Source of the DNA: an uncultured bacterium
GTDB lineage: Bacteria > Planctomycetota > UBA1135 > GCA-002686595
Assembly: GCA_943787795.1 (NCBI GenBank)
Contig: CALSNU010000003.1
Coordinates: 416,001-480,000 of the forward strand
Direction of reading: 5' to 3'
DNA: 64,000 bases
The notes under the pieces are model-generated. The model saw nothing but the letters and a program-made list of their open reading frames with translations. It was not told where the DNA came from and did not search any database. Position 1 is the first letter of the stretch, and each line of letters starts with the position of its first letter. The translations under genes were made by a program, and so were the position numbers. Shown here piece after piece: positions 20,321 through 30,548 of the stretch.

Positions 20321-21274
20321 CTAGTCCTTCGTGTCCACGGGCGCCACGCTGCCGCGGCCGCCGGTCTCGCCCCTGCCCGCGCCCTTCGTGTCTCCCTGCC
20401 CCCGCCCCTGTCCGCCGGTCAAAGACATACCGCTCCCGGGGACGACCTCCTCCTCCCCGCCGCCGGCCTCCGGGTCGGTCGCCGTCCCACCGGGAGCGAG
20501 GGGGAGCCCCAGGCGGGGAATCTCGCCCTCTGCGACCCGGAGGGGCTCGGGGAAGCGGATCACTCGGGTGTAGGTCATGGTGCGACGGTCCCGACCGCTG
20601 AAGTCCATGGACTCACGGTTGATCCGCGGCTTGAGCTCGACGGTCAGCGACAGTCGGATCCAGGCGGGCAGCCCTACCAGCTCCTCGTCACCTGACCGCT
20701 CTCCCCATGCGTCGTAGGGCTCGGCGTCGGGCCCGTCCTCGGCGAAGACCTCGATGTTGAAGCCCTTCACCTGATCCGAGAGGAAGATATAGGAGCCGCC
20801 CTCGAAGGGCTGCTCGTCGACGCCAAAGTCCTCGCGGCGGTAGATCTCGAGGAACTCGTCGTTCTCGACGTTCGGACGCAGCATGAAGCCGACCTCATTG
20901 ACGTCCGCGCGCAGGCTCTGGGACTCGTCGCTGAGGCCGACGACCAGGCTGTCGGTGGTGGTGACGAAGTCGATTCGATCAGCGTCCTGTCCGTTCACGG
21001 TCCGATCGGTAACCTCAAGCCAGGTGTTCCTGGGGCGGCTCGTCGTGAAGAGGCCGCGGATGTCCCGGATCATCAGCTCCAGCACCGCAGGCCCAGCCAG
21101 CTGCATCTCCTGGTAGTTGTGGATGGTGTCCCGGGTTCGGCGCGCGGCCTGCATGAGCTTGGAGATGCTGAGGAACATCATGCTCATGATGACGATCACC
21201 AGCAGCACCTCCATCAAGGTGAAGCCGCGGGAGCGAGTCGCGGCCCGCTGGAACTGGCGAGTGGCTTGCATCAT
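20321..21274 (-). CDS. Type II secretion minor pseudopilin (GspJ-like)
   Basis: Prepilin motif RG|FTLMEVLLVIVI; last gene of the gsp cluster. Confidence 0.8.
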   Translation of the reverse strand: MMQATRQFQRAATRSRGFTLMEVLLVIVIMSMMFLSISKLMQAARRTRDTIHNYQEMQLAGPAVLELMIRDIRGLFTTSRPRNTWLEVTDRTVNGQDADRIDFVTTTDSLVVGLSDESQSLRADVNEVGFMLRPNVENDEFLEIYRREDFGVDEQPFEGGSYIFLSDQVKGFNIEVFAEDGPDAEPYDAWGERSGDEELVGLPAWIRLSLTVELKPRINRESMDFSGRDRRTMTYTRVIRFPEPLRVAEGEIPRLGLPLAPGGTATDPEAGGGEEEVVPGSGMSLTGGQGRGQGDTKGAGRGETGGRGSVAPVDTKD

Positions 21275-21894
21275 CGTTGGCTCCCGGTCTCGGTACTTCC
21301 CTGTTGCCCTGGCGCTCCGCCTGCTCCGCCTTGGCCCTGGGCGGCTTCCTCTTCGGCGAGGAGGTCCTCCTCCGAGGGGCCGTAGACCTGCTCCCAGCGG
21401 ATCCAGCGCTCCAGCACCAATTCCTGAGGGTAGTCCGAGAACTTGGGGTAGCTGATGCGCAGCTTGATCTTCTCGAAGGGCTCGGTGTTCTCCTCGTCCT
21501 CCTCGAGGTCATCGTCCTGGGAGTCCTCCCAGTCACGGCGCGCCTCGTAGTTGTCGAAGGGGCGCTCGGTGCCGTCCTCGGAGGCCTCGGCCAGGGCGTC
21601 CTCCCCGAGGGCGACTTCCCAATAGAAGTCCGGCTCGTCCTGCTCGGCGAAGCTGCCGGTCAAGCCCGTCTCGATCTCCTCCTGCCAGAGACCCGCCGAG
21701 ATGAGCCCGAGCATCTCTGTTCCGAGCTCGTAGGCCGTCTTGCGCGCGCGGTTGTGGGCCGCGCTGAACTTGGCGCCCTCCAGTCCCTGGAGCATGACTG
21801 TGAGCACAATGGCGACGATCGCGATCGTCACCGCCGCCTCGGCCAGGGTGAAGCCAGCCTGCGTGAGTCTCGGGCGAGTGCGGAGGGGTCTCAC
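21271..21894 (-). CDS. Type II secretion minor pseudopilin (GspI-like)
   Basis: AG|FTLAEAAVTIAIVAIVL; overlaps both neighbours by 4 nt. Confidence 0.78.
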   Translation of the reverse strand: MRPLRTRPRLTQAGFTLAEAAVTIAIVAIVLTVMLQGLEGAKFSAAHNRARKTAYELGTEMLGLISAGLWQEEIETGLTGSFAEQDEPDFYWEVALGEDALAEASEDGTERPFDNYEARRDWEDSQDDDLEEDEENTEPFEKIKLRISYPKFSDYPQELVLERWIRWEQVYGPSEEDLLAEEEAAQGQGGAGGAPGQQGSTETGSQR

Positions 21895-22475
21895 CTGAAG
21901 TCTCCGTCCTCGGGTGCGCTGCGGATAAACACGTCCCGGTGAAACTTGAAGGTGCCCGTCAGGGCCATGACTTCGATCGTGAAGTAGTTCTCGTAAGCGG
22001 GCTGCTTGAGCACCACCTGGTGGTCGGAGGCCGCACCGCGGGGATCAAAGCGAGCGAACACCGGGCCTGCGTCGTAGGTCTCGCCTGCCACGCCGACGAC
22101 CTCGAACTCCACTCCGTCCGGCAGGCTCTGCCAGCTCCCATAGGAGCGCTGCGAGTCCTCGCTCTCGCCCTCCTTGAAGCGTCCGCCACCGAGGACGAAC
22201 GGGGTCACCCGGCGGTAGCGCTCTCCGTCGAGGTCGTACTCCACGAAGAACTCCAGCGAGCGGCTGATGGCCTGGCTGCGGGTCTCGCGCAGCATGGCGG
22301 TCAGGGATCGCACGGCCGTGTTGAGTCGCTCCTTGGGGACGAAGGCCTCGTAGCTGAGGGAGACGATGTAGGTGCCCATCCCGATCACCGCGGCCACGAC
22401 CATGAGCTCGATGAGGGAGAAACCCCGTCGGCGGTCGTCGCGCCCGGAGGCGTGGGAATAGGCGGCCCGGCGCAC
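21891..22475 (-). CDS. Type II secretion minor pseudopilin (GspH/FimT-like)
   Basis: RG|FSLIELMVVAAVIG, TRSQAIS, ARFDPRG. Confidence 0.8.
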   Translation of the reverse strand: MRRAAYSHASGRDDRRRGFSLIELMVVAAVIGMGTYIVSLSYEAFVPKERLNTAVRSLTAMLRETRSQAISRSLEFFVEYDLDGERYRRVTPFVLGGGRFKEGESEDSQRSYGSWQSLPDGVEFEVVGVAGETYDAGPVFARFDPRGAASDHQVVLKQPAYENYFTIEVMALTGTFKFHRDVFIRSAPEDGDFR

Positions 22476-22478
22476 GGA

Positions 22479-22919
22479 TCAGACCTCGCCGTTGCGGATC
22501 ATCTGGTTATTGAAGTCCATGTTGTCACCCTCGCCGCCCGGGGACCCGTCGGCGCCATAGGTCCAGATCAGGTAGCCCGACCCGCCGGTGCCGTCCGGCT
22601 CGAAGATGTACTCGTTGCCCCAGGGATCTTTCGGGACGACCGTCTGCTTGAGATAGCTGGCGCCGAACTCGTCCTTCTCAACGAGGATCTCGAGGCTCTC
22701 GGGGAGGCGGGCCGCGTTGTCCATCTGGAAGGACTCAACGGCTTGGTCAATGGCCGAGATGTCTGACTTGGCCTTCGTTGCGGTCGCCTTGCCCAGCTTG
22801 GAGACGACGTTGGGGACAACGACCGTCATGAGGAGGCCGATGATGACGATGACGACCATCAGTTCGGCGAGCGAGAAGCCCGCGTTTCGTGCGGCGCTGG
22901 GGCGGCGTTGGATCTTCAT
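22479..22919 (-). CDS. gspG: Type II secretion major pseudopilin
   Basis: AG|FSLAELMVVIVIIGLL, PKDPWGNEY, TYGADGSPGGEG. Confidence 0.93.
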   Translation of the reverse strand: MKIQRRPSAARNAGFSLAELMVVIVIIGLLMTVVVPNVVSKLGKATATKAKSDISAIDQAVESFQMDNAARLPESLEILVEKDEFGASYLKQTVVPKDPWGNEYIFEPDGTGGSGYLIWTYGADGSPGGEGDNMDFNNQMIRNGEV

Positions 22920-22970
22920 GGTTCGGATTGAGGTGGGGGCACCGTTGGGGTGCGGTGAAGGCCGGTCGAG

Positions 22971-24236
22971 TCAGACCTGGCCGATGTCGAGAATGGGCTG
23001 GACGATGGCAAACACGATGTAGCCCACGACGCCGGCGAGGAGGACGATCATGATCGGCTCCAGGAGGCTCGTGAACCGCTCCGCGGCGACCTCGATCTCC
23101 TCGTCGTACGCCGTCGCGATGCGGTCGAGCATCTGCTCGAGCTCGCCGGATTGCTCGCCAACGACGACCATGTAGCCCACGGTGGAGGGGAAGGCGCCGC
23201 TCTGGCGCAGCGGCGTCGCGATATCGGTGCCCTCGACCACGCGTTCCCGGATATGCCCGGTGGCGTCCGCGACGACACGGTTCCCCACGACGCTCTGGGT
23301 GATCTCGAGGGACTGAATCACGGGGACGCCGCTCTGGAGGAGGGTGGAGAGCGTGCGCGTGAACCGAGAGACCGCGGCCCGACGCATCAGGTCGCCGACG
23401 ACGGGAATGCGCAGGAGGGTGCGGTCGATCGCGAGCCTGCCGTCCTCGCCCTTCGAGTAGGTGCGCTCGAACATGAACGAGATCAGTCCGATGACGAGGA
23501 AGACCGCCCACCACCAGCTCTTCAGGAACTCACTCGCGCCCACCAGGATCCTGGTCGAGGGGGGGAGCTCCTTGTTCTGCTCGATGAGCATGCGGGTGAT
23601 CTCCGGCACGACCTTGGCCATGAGGATCGTGACCACGATCATGCCGATGCCGATCATCATCATCGGATAGGTCAGCGCGCCCACGATCTTGCGTCGCAGG
23701 GCGCGTTGGCTCTGCATGTAGTCGGCGAGCCGTGTCAGCACCGTGTCAAGGTTGCCCGCAGCCTGACCGGCGCGGACCATGTTGATGTACAGCGGGGTGA
23801 ACCAGCCCGGGTGCTTGGAGAGGGCATCCGCGAGGTTCGCACCCTGCTGGATGTCCTCCCGCAGCTCACGGCAGAGGGTCTCGACCTTCTTCTGCTCCGC
23901 CTGCTCCACGAGCGCAGAGAGCGACTCATTGAGGGCGATGCCAGACCCGAGGAGGGTCGCCAGCTGACGGGTCATCCCAGCCACGATGTCGATCTCTCGC
24001 GATCCGGGCCCCTGGCTCGAGGAGCGCGATTCGAGGAGCTTGGAGAGCCTGCTGGGCTTGCTCCCGTCCTTCGACTTGGAGCGGACCTTCTTGCCGCCGC
24101 GAGTGGCCGCGATGGAAGACACAATGAGGCTGTCCTTGCGCAGCTTCGTCCGTGCGTCGCGCTCCGTGTCAGCGTCGATGACGCCAGACTTGGTCGCGCC
24201 ACCGGTGGTGAAGGCCTTGTACTCGTAGATCGGCAT
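22971..24236 (-). CDS. gspF: Type II secretion inner-membrane platform protein
   Basis: MPIYEYKA, TRQLATLLGSGI, YINMVRAG, ALTYP, GEQSGELEQML, LLEPIMIV. Confidence 0.93.
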   Translation of the reverse strand: MPIYEYKAFTTGGATKSGVIDADTERDARTKLRKDSLIVSSIAATRGGKKVRSKSKDGSKPSRLSKLLESRSSSQGPGSREIDIVAGMTRQLATLLGSGIALNESLSALVEQAEQKKVETLCRELREDIQQGANLADALSKHPGWFTPLYINMVRAGQAAGNLDTVLTRLADYMQSQRALRRKIVGALTYPMMMIGIGMIVVTILMAKVVPEITRMLIEQNKELPPSTRILVGASEFLKSWWWAVFLVIGLISFMFERTYSKGEDGRLAIDRTLLRIPVVGDLMRRAAVSRFTRTLSTLLQSGVPVIQSLEITQSVVGNRVVADATGHIRERVVEGTDIATPLRQSGAFPSTVGYMVVVGEQSGELEQMLDRIATAYDEEIEVAAERFTSLLEPIMIVLLAGVVGYIVFAIVQPILDIGQV

Positions 24237-24259
24237 AGGTGGTGGCTCGCGCGCTCGGC

Positions 24260-25960
24260 TCAGACGTCGAGCTGGGTGACGCGCAGGACCTCGTCCGGCG
24301 TGGTCACGCCCTGGATGATCTTCTTGCGACCGTCGGCTCGGAGGGTCTGGAACCCCTCGGCGATCTGCTCTCGTTTGATGTCCGAGGCGCCTGCGCCCTC
24401 CATGACCATCGTCCGGATGCGCTCCGTGACGGGCAGGAATTCGTAGATGGCGGTCCGCCCGGCGTACCCGGAGTGGAAGCACTCATCGCAGCCGGGGCCG
24501 TACGCGATCTGCCCGTTGAGTTGGTCGGCGGTCATGTCCACCTTCCGAAGCTTGGCCGCCCACTCATCGTCGATGGGCTCCACCACCTTGCAGTGGGGGC
24601 AGATGGTCCGCACCAGTCGCTGGGCGATGATGAGGACGATCGAGGAGGCCACCAGATACGACTCGACGCCCTGATCCACCATCCGGGTGATGGTGCTCGC
24701 GGAGTCGTTCGTGTGGACCGTTGAGAAGACGAGGTGGCCCGTGAGCGCCGCCCGGATGGCGACCTCAGCGGTCTCGAGGTCTCGGATCTCGCCGACCATC
24801 ATCACGTCGGGGTCCTGGCGCAGGAAGGAGCGCAGGCCCGACGCGAACGTCAGCCCCTTCTTCTGGTTGACCTGGACCTGGCTGATGCCGCCAATGGCGT
24901 ACTCGACAGGGTCCTCGATGGTGAGGATGTTCTTCTTGGTCGTGTCGATCTCCGCCATCGCGGCGTAGAGCGTGGTCGTCTTGCCCGACCCCGTCGGACC
25001 CGTCACGAGGACGATCCCGTGGTTGTAGTCCAGGTAGTCCCGGATCATCTCGAGGTTCTTGTCCTCGAGCCCGATCTCGTTGAGCCGGTACAGCTTGGCG
25101 GTCTTGTCCAGCAGTCGCATGACGATCCGCTCGCCTGTGCTGGTCGGGACCGAGCTGATCCGGACGTCGACCTCGCCGTCGCCGATTCGGAGCGACGCGC
25201 GGCCGTCCTGGGGCAGGCGGCGCTCCGCGATGTCCATCTTTCCCATGACCTTGACGCGGCTAATGATCGCGTCCTGGACGCGCTTGGGGATCGCGTCCAT
25301 GTCATAGAGGATGCCGTCGATCCGGAAGCGGACCTGCATGCGATCCGGGTACGGCTGGAAGTGAACGTCTGACGACCGCAGCTTGAGGGCCTGGAACAGA
25401 ATGGTGTTCACAAGCTTGATGATCGGCGCCTTGTTCGAGACGTCGAGGACATCCTCGGAGTCGTCGATCTCTGCGGCGAGCGAGCCGATGTCACCGTCCT
25501 CGGAGACCGCGTCCAGCGCCTCGTCCACTCCGTCGGCCTTGTGCCGATAGGCGCGCGCGATCAGCGCGGTGATCTCCTGGCGAGGCGCGAGGACCGCGTC
25601 AACCTCGGTGCCGATCATGGCCGCGAGGTCATCCATCGGGTGGGGATCCAGGGGGGAGCAGGTCGCCACCTTGAGGACCCCGTCGCCAGCCTCGAGGGCG
25701 ATCAGGTTGTAGTTCCGTGCGAAGTGCACGGGCACCCCGTCGACGAAGTCGCCGGGCACCTTCGTGCCGTCGAGGCTCTTGCGGAACTCGTAGCCGAGGT
25801 GCTTCGCGTAGATCTGGAGGAGGGTGCCCTCCTCCATGAAGTCCTTCGCGAGGATCACCCGATCGATGGAGTCGCCCGAGACCGCAGAGACCCCGCGGCA
25901 TTCCTCGAGTTGGTCCCGGGTGAGTCCGGCGTCCAGGAGCAGTTCTCCGATGCTGACCAT
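24260..25960 (-). CDS. gspE: Type II secretion ATPase
   Basis: SDVHFQP, MDIAERRLPQDGR, Walker A GPTGSGKTT, TIEDPVEY, LRQDPDVMMVGEIRD, TGHLVFSTVHTN, CPHC...CDEC zinc motif. Confidence 0.96.
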   Translation of the reverse strand: MVSIGELLLDAGLTRDQLEECRGVSAVSGDSIDRVILAKDFMEEGTLLQIYAKHLGYEFRKSLDGTKVPGDFVDGVPVHFARNYNLIALEAGDGVLKVATCSPLDPHPMDDLAAMIGTEVDAVLAPRQEITALIARAYRHKADGVDEALDAVSEDGDIGSLAAEIDDSEDVLDVSNKAPIIKLVNTILFQALKLRSSDVHFQPYPDRMQVRFRIDGILYDMDAIPKRVQDAIISRVKVMGKMDIAERRLPQDGRASLRIGDGEVDVRISSVPTSTGERIVMRLLDKTAKLYRLNEIGLEDKNLEMIRDYLDYNHGIVLVTGPTGSGKTTTLYAAMAEIDTTKKNILTIEDPVEYAIGGISQVQVNQKKGLTFASGLRSFLRQDPDVMMVGEIRDLETAEVAIRAALTGHLVFSTVHTNDSASTITRMVDQGVESYLVASSIVLIIAQRLVRTICPHCKVVEPIDDEWAAKLRKVDMTADQLNGQIAYGPGCDECFHSGYAGRTAIYEFLPVTERIRTMVMEGAGASDIKREQIAEGFQTLRADGRKKIIQGVTTPDEVLRVTQLDV

Positions 25961-25983
25961 GGGATGGTGGTGCGCTTACGCGC

Positions 25984-28338
25984 TCAGTCCTCCGGGGACT
26001 CGTCGTCGAGCATGCGTGCGGCCTCGAGGGGGGACAGTCCCACCTGATCGCCGGCGGTCTCGCCGCGCTGCGGGGGCGTGTAGAGGGGGAGGTCGAAGCC
26101 CTCCAGCCCGACGGATGATCCCGCGGCCTCGCTCGACATGCCGAACGTGGGGTCGATCTTGCGCAGGCGCTCGATACCGATCTCCCTCGCCGCCTCCAGC
26201 TTCTTCTCGTAGGAGATCTCCGCCAGGTCGGCGAACTCGGTGTCCTTGAGAATGTGTGGGGTGACGAAGAAGTAGAGGACCGTGCGGTCGCGGGTGCCGG
26301 TCTCCCGCGAGAAGAGTCGACCGAGGATCGGGATGTCTCCGATCCAGGGGACCTGGGTCCGCGTCGTGCTCTCGTTGTCCACGACGATCCCGCCGATGAC
26401 CATGGTTGAACCGTCGGGGACGTTGATCTGGGTCTCGATCGTCCGCGTGACCCGCGGCGGGGGGATGGGCCCCTGGACCGCGCCGATGAAGGTGGAGACC
26501 TCGAGGTAGACGTCCAGGCGGAGGTAGCGCGAGGCGCTGATGGAGGGGGAGATTGTCATGGTGATGCCCGCCTCCTCGTAGCCGTTGAAGTTCTCCTGCG
26601 TCTGTCCGCCAACGCCGCCGCCCGTGGCGGTAATCGTGGTGGTGGGCTGCTCATCCAGGGTGGAGACCGTGGCGGAGGAGTTGTTGTTGACGAGCACGCT
26701 CGGGACGTTGAGGACGTCCGAGTTGCGCTTCTCCTCGACCAGGGCGACGAGCATCGGAATGGAGAACTCATCTCCGTCGATGATGCCCGCGGTGACCCCT
26801 TGCCCGACCGTCGGCACACGCAGGTCGGGGACCCCGTCGCCGTCGGAGTCTTGGATGGTGGAGAGGCCGAAGCCGGTGACTCCGAAGCCGCCGCTCTCTC
26901 CAACCCCGGGGACGTCGGCGAAGCCAAGCTCGACGCCGATGTCGAGGAAGTCTCGACCGGTGAGCTCGATCAGCGCGGTCTCGATGAGGACCTGGTCCTG
27001 GCGTCGGTCGAGGCGCTCGATCAGGGACTGCAGCTCCTCGTAGCGGGTCCGGTTTGCGGCGATCAGCAGCGAGTTGGTCTCGGCGTCAGCGACCACCACG
27101 TATTCCCTGGCGTTGTTCGACGCCCTGGGGGCTCCTCCGCGCTGGTTCCCGGCGGCCGCGCCCTGCTCGAGTTGGACGGCGTCCTGAAGGAACTCGTCGA
27201 GAGTCTCGGCGAGGTCCTCGGCGCTGACGTTCTCGAGCGCGTAGATGTGGTAGTTCCGCTCGCGCTCCACCACGTCCACATCGAGGCGCGCCACGAGCTC
27301 CTTGATGCGCGGCATCTCATCCGGCATGGCCATGACGAGCAGGGAGTTCGTCCGGCTCTCGGTGAGGATCTTGGCCTCGCCTTGGTTGCGGTTCAGGGCC
27401 CCCTGGGGCCCCTGGGCCTGCGGTCCCGACGAGCGGTTCTGGTTCGCCGCTTCGAGCAGCTCCTCGACCGTCGCGGCGATGTCCTCCGCCGACGCGTACT
27501 CGAGCTTGATGACATCAAACTCGGGCGGGATCACGTCGGTCTGCGAGGCGTCGTCGATGATCTTCAGCATGTTCGCCAGCGCCACCACGTTGCTGCCGAA
27601 CCCGACCAGGACCATGGACTGGGAGTTGCCCGCCGGCAGCATCTGCTGCGTGTTGGGGTCGGTGATCATCGACCGCATCGAGTTGGAGACCTGCCGCACG
27701 TCCGTGTTGGGCAGGCTCACGACGGTGGTGATCAGGGTGGCGGGCTGATCCTCGTACTCGGGGAGCCGCTCGGGCTCCACGTAGAGCGCACCAGCACGCA
27801 GGTTGTTGCGCGCCGCGGTCGCCAGCGAGTCGATCTTGATGACGGAGATGTCGTCCTCGCCGATCTCCGTGCAGACGAAGTCGGAGATGATCATCATCAC
27901 CTGGAAGAAGGAGTAGAACCGCTCCTTCTTGATGGTCTTGGCACCCAGCAGGTTGACCTGCTGGTTCTTCAGCAGCTGCTCGGTCTCCGTGCCCCAGGTG
28001 AAGTTCAGTCCGGTGACCTGCTCGCAGGCCTGGACGAACTGGTAGAGCGTCATGCTCTCGTCCTCGTCGCTCTGGGCGAAGTTCAGCACATATGTGCCGC
28101 CCTTCTCCTGGATGACGTAGAGCTCCTCGTCCTCACCCTGGGCCAGCGCGGCGCTGCTCGCGCCGAGGGAGAGGGCCAGAACGCAAGCTGCCCGGCAGGC
28201 TGCCCCCAGGAAGCGCCGGGCCCTGGAGGGCCTGCTCTCTGTCTGGAGAAGGCGACCGAGATGGCGGCGGCTTCGGGCCATATCTGCCGAAATCCGAAGA
28301 TCCTGGGCGTTGGCGTCGCGTCGGGGAGCGTGGTTCAT
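25984..28338 (-). CDS. gspD: Type II secretion outer-membrane secretin
   Basis: N-domain repeats (IKLEYASAEDIA, RTNSLLV, ETNSLLI), QVLIETALIE, VPWIGDIPILGRLFS, FFVTPHIL. Start uncertain (28338 or 28281). Confidence 0.9.
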   Translation of the reverse strand: MNHAPRRDANAQDLRISADMARSRRHLGRLLQTESRPSRARRFLGAACRAACVLALSLGASSAALAQGEDEELYVIQEKGGTYVLNFAQSDEDESMTLYQFVQACEQVTGLNFTWGTETEQLLKNQQVNLLGAKTIKKERFYSFFQVMMIISDFVCTEIGEDDISVIKIDSLATAARNNLRAGALYVEPERLPEYEDQPATLITTVVSLPNTDVRQVSNSMRSMITDPNTQQMLPAGNSQSMVLVGFGSNVVALANMLKIIDDASQTDVIPPEFDVIKLEYASAEDIAATVEELLEAANQNRSSGPQAQGPQGALNRNQGEAKILTESRTNSLLVMAMPDEMPRIKELVARLDVDVVERERNYHIYALENVSAEDLAETLDEFLQDAVQLEQGAAAGNQRGGAPRASNNAREYVVVADAETNSLLIAANRTRYEELQSLIERLDRRQDQVLIETALIELTGRDFLDIGVELGFADVPGVGESGGFGVTGFGLSTIQDSDGDGVPDLRVPTVGQGVTAGIIDGDEFSIPMLVALVEEKRNSDVLNVPSVLVNNNSSATVSTLDEQPTTTITATGGGVGGQTQENFNGYEEAGITMTISPSISASRYLRLDVYLEVSTFIGAVQGPIPPPRVTRTIETQINVPDGSTMVIGGIVVDNESTTRTQVPWIGDIPILGRLFSRETGTRDRTVLYFFVTPHILKDTEFADLAEISYEKKLEAAREIGIERLRKIDPTFGMSSEAAGSSVGLEGFDLPLYTPPQRGETAGDQVGLSPLEAARMLDDESPED

Positions 28339-28716
28339 CTGGCGGAACTCGTCTCGGGAGTCGAGGTTCGGACGGTTAGGAGTGGGGGCACCCGGCACAG
28401 CGCAAACACCCTGGTGGGTCGCGTAACGCTCTGCTTGCCGGTGGCTTATGTCTGTGGTAGGGCTCGGGGGAGGGCCGCCTATGGGTGCCCATTCAGCGTC
28501 CTCGTGGCCGAGGCCCAGGCGCGGTCCACAGGAGACGAAGCGCCTGCGCCTATCTTCCCGTCTAGGGGCCGCTGTTTCGACACGCAGGCGGGTTCGATTC
28601 ACGATTCTTGCACGATGGATGCGTAGGGCGAAGCCTGTAGCGCGTGGCGTTTCGGGGGCTTGTCTTGATTGCGCAGGTTCGTTGCCCGGCGGACCTCGCG
28701 CTGTCAGGCTCTCGAT

Positions 28717-29064
28717 ATGCCAGAGCGAGATTCCCATCCGGCCGAATCACCCGCGCCCTCGGTCGACGCCTCCGGCGGTCCGGATGGCTCCTCCGCAGCC
28801 TTGCCGGCTGGGGAGTTCTCGGCTCCGGTCGGCGCCTCAACTGAACCGGGCCGATCGGAGCGAGGGCGGGCCGGCGGCCTCTGGCTGATCGCGGTGGCGC
28901 TCGCCGCGTCCGTGGCGGCGGACGCCGCAGGCGCGGGCGGGGACCCCGATGCGCGCGGCTGGGCCCGGCCTGGAGCGTTCGCTGGCCTCGGCGCAGTGGC
29001 CGCTGCGGGGACGCTCCTCATCGCCATGCTCCTCGGTCGACTGCGGGAGGGGCGCCGTGGTTGA
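28717..29064 (+). CDS. Small membrane protein, weakly MrpC/NuoK-like
   Basis: Two hydrophobic segments; overlaps the start of the next membrane gene. The family resemblance is weak. Confidence 0.4.
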   Translation: MPERDSHPAESPAPSVDASGGPDGSSAALPAGEFSAPVGASTEPGRSERGRAGGLWLIAVALAASVAADAAGAGGDPDARGWARPGAFAGLGAVAAAGTLLIAMLLGRLREGRRG

Positions 29065-30529
29065 TCTGCTGGCGTTCTTACCCCGATGGCCCCCGGGGGC
29101 TGCGCTCATCGGGCTCGGCATCGTGTGCGCCGTGGCGCGCGGACGATGGGTCGGCGTGCTGGGTCTGGCCGGTGTCGCGCTCGAGTTTGCGAGGCTCGAG
29201 GTGGAGGGTCTCGCCCTAACAGGCGCCATCTCCGTCCTCGTGGTCGTTGGCCTCGCCGCCCTCGCCTCCTCCCGTGACTACGCGGAGTCAGAGAGCGCCT
29301 TGAGCCCGGGCCTCTCGCTTGTCCTCGCCGGTCTGCTCCTGATGGTCGTTCAGGTGGAGCACCTCGGCTGGGTGGCGGTGCTGCTCTTCATGGCCGGGCT
29401 CGTGGAGCGCGCGCTGGTTCCAGGGGGCGACGCGGCCGGCCGGGACCCTGCGACGGGCGAGCCCACAGCACGGGTGCACGCCTGGCGAGGCGCGGTGCTG
29501 ATTTCTCTTGCCAGCGCGAGCTTGATCGGCCTCGGCGCGCAGGGGCGGATGCAGCAGGGGGGCGACATGCTGGTCGAGTGGATCGGGACGCCCTTCTCAG
29601 GCGACGCTCCGAGCACCCTCATTTTCCTGGGGCTCGTGACGCCGTTGGCGCTACCGCCCAACTGGGGCGGGGCGGGCCAGGCGATCGCCGCCGGACCCGC
29701 GCGCCGCGACGCAGGGAGCTTCGTGAACGCGGGCTTGCTGCGCGGCCTCGTCCTCCTCGTCCTCCTGGGCCGGACCTTCTCGGGATCCGACGCCTTGCTC
29801 GACGTGGGGCTCGTGGTGGTCCTCCTCGCGCCGGTCCTCGCGCTGACCGGCAGGCGGCTCACCGCGCGCTACCTGGCGCTGTCGATCTACGGGGTCCTGG
29901 GCCTCCTCATCGGGGTCGCGTCGATCGCGTCGAGCTCCGCCCAGGGGGCCCTATCCCTGTCGGTCTTCGGCCTGGCCCTCGCAGGGGCCGGTGCATGCCT
30001 CGCGCTGGTGCTGACCACCCATGCCAGGGGTCGTGAGCCAGGGCTCGGCGAGCGAGGCCTCGGGCACGTCTTCCCGAGTGCGTTCGGGTTCGCGCTGCTC
30101 TGCATGCTCGCGCTCATGGCCCTGCCGGGGACGCTGCTCTTCGAGGGGCGCTCCAGCGGCCTTGAGGCCATGTCCGCGGATGGTGCCGCGGTGGAGGCGC
30201 TGGTGTTCGCGCTGATGGCGGGGCCACTCGCCGTCTTCGTGGCGCTGCCGTTCCTGCGTCAGGCGTTCTTCAGCCCTGGTGTGGATGGGGGGCACATCGA
30301 GGGGCGCCGCGCCACGGCGCCGCTCGCCATGACCGTCGCGCTCGCGATCGCCGCGGGAGCGCTGATCGGCCTGGGTCTGGTCCCCTCCGCGCTCTCGCCG
30401 CTCCTGTCCACAGGGAGCGCCGAGCTGTCGGGCCGGCTGCTGACCGGGCCCCAGCAGCTCCAGATCCTGTTGGGTGCAGCCTTGCTGGCCCGGATCGTGA
30501 GGCGCGAAAGGTCCACCAGTCCGGCGTAG
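29057..30529 (+). CDS. Highly diverged proton-conducting membrane transporter subunit (MrpD/NuoN-like)
   Basis: About 14 hydrophobic helices; remnants such as ARYLALSIYG, GLGHVFPSAFGFALLCMLALMALPGTLLFEGR and LIGLGLVP align by eye with the MrpD/NuoN C-half. Confidence 0.55.
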   Translation: MVDLLAFLPRWPPGAALIGLGIVCAVARGRWVGVLGLAGVALEFARLEVEGLALTGAISVLVVVGLAALASSRDYAESESALSPGLSLVLAGLLLMVVQVEHLGWVAVLLFMAGLVERALVPGGDAAGRDPATGEPTARVHAWRGAVLISLASASLIGLGAQGRMQQGGDMLVEWIGTPFSGDAPSTLIFLGLVTPLALPPNWGGAGQAIAAGPARRDAGSFVNAGLLRGLVLLVLLGRTFSGSDALLDVGLVVVLLAPVLALTGRRLTARYLALSIYGVLGLLIGVASIASSSAQGALSLSVFGLALAGAGACLALVLTTHARGREPGLGERGLGHVFPSAFGFALLCMLALMALPGTLLFEGRSSGLEAMSADGAAVEALVFALMAGPLAVFVALPFLRQAFFSPGVDGGHIEGRRATAPLAMTVALAIAAGALIGLGLVPSALSPLLSTGSAELSGRLLTGPQQLQILLGAALLARIVRRERSTSPA

Positions 30530-30548
30530 GGCCGTTATCCTCCGGCGC

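Noticed and set aside
28706..28724. Sigma-54 promoter upstream of gspD (TGGCATATCGAGAGC on the minus strand); similar GG-N10-GC at about 52763-52780
   Set aside because: The spacing fits but the conserved TTGC is absent, and such matches are frequent at this GC content.
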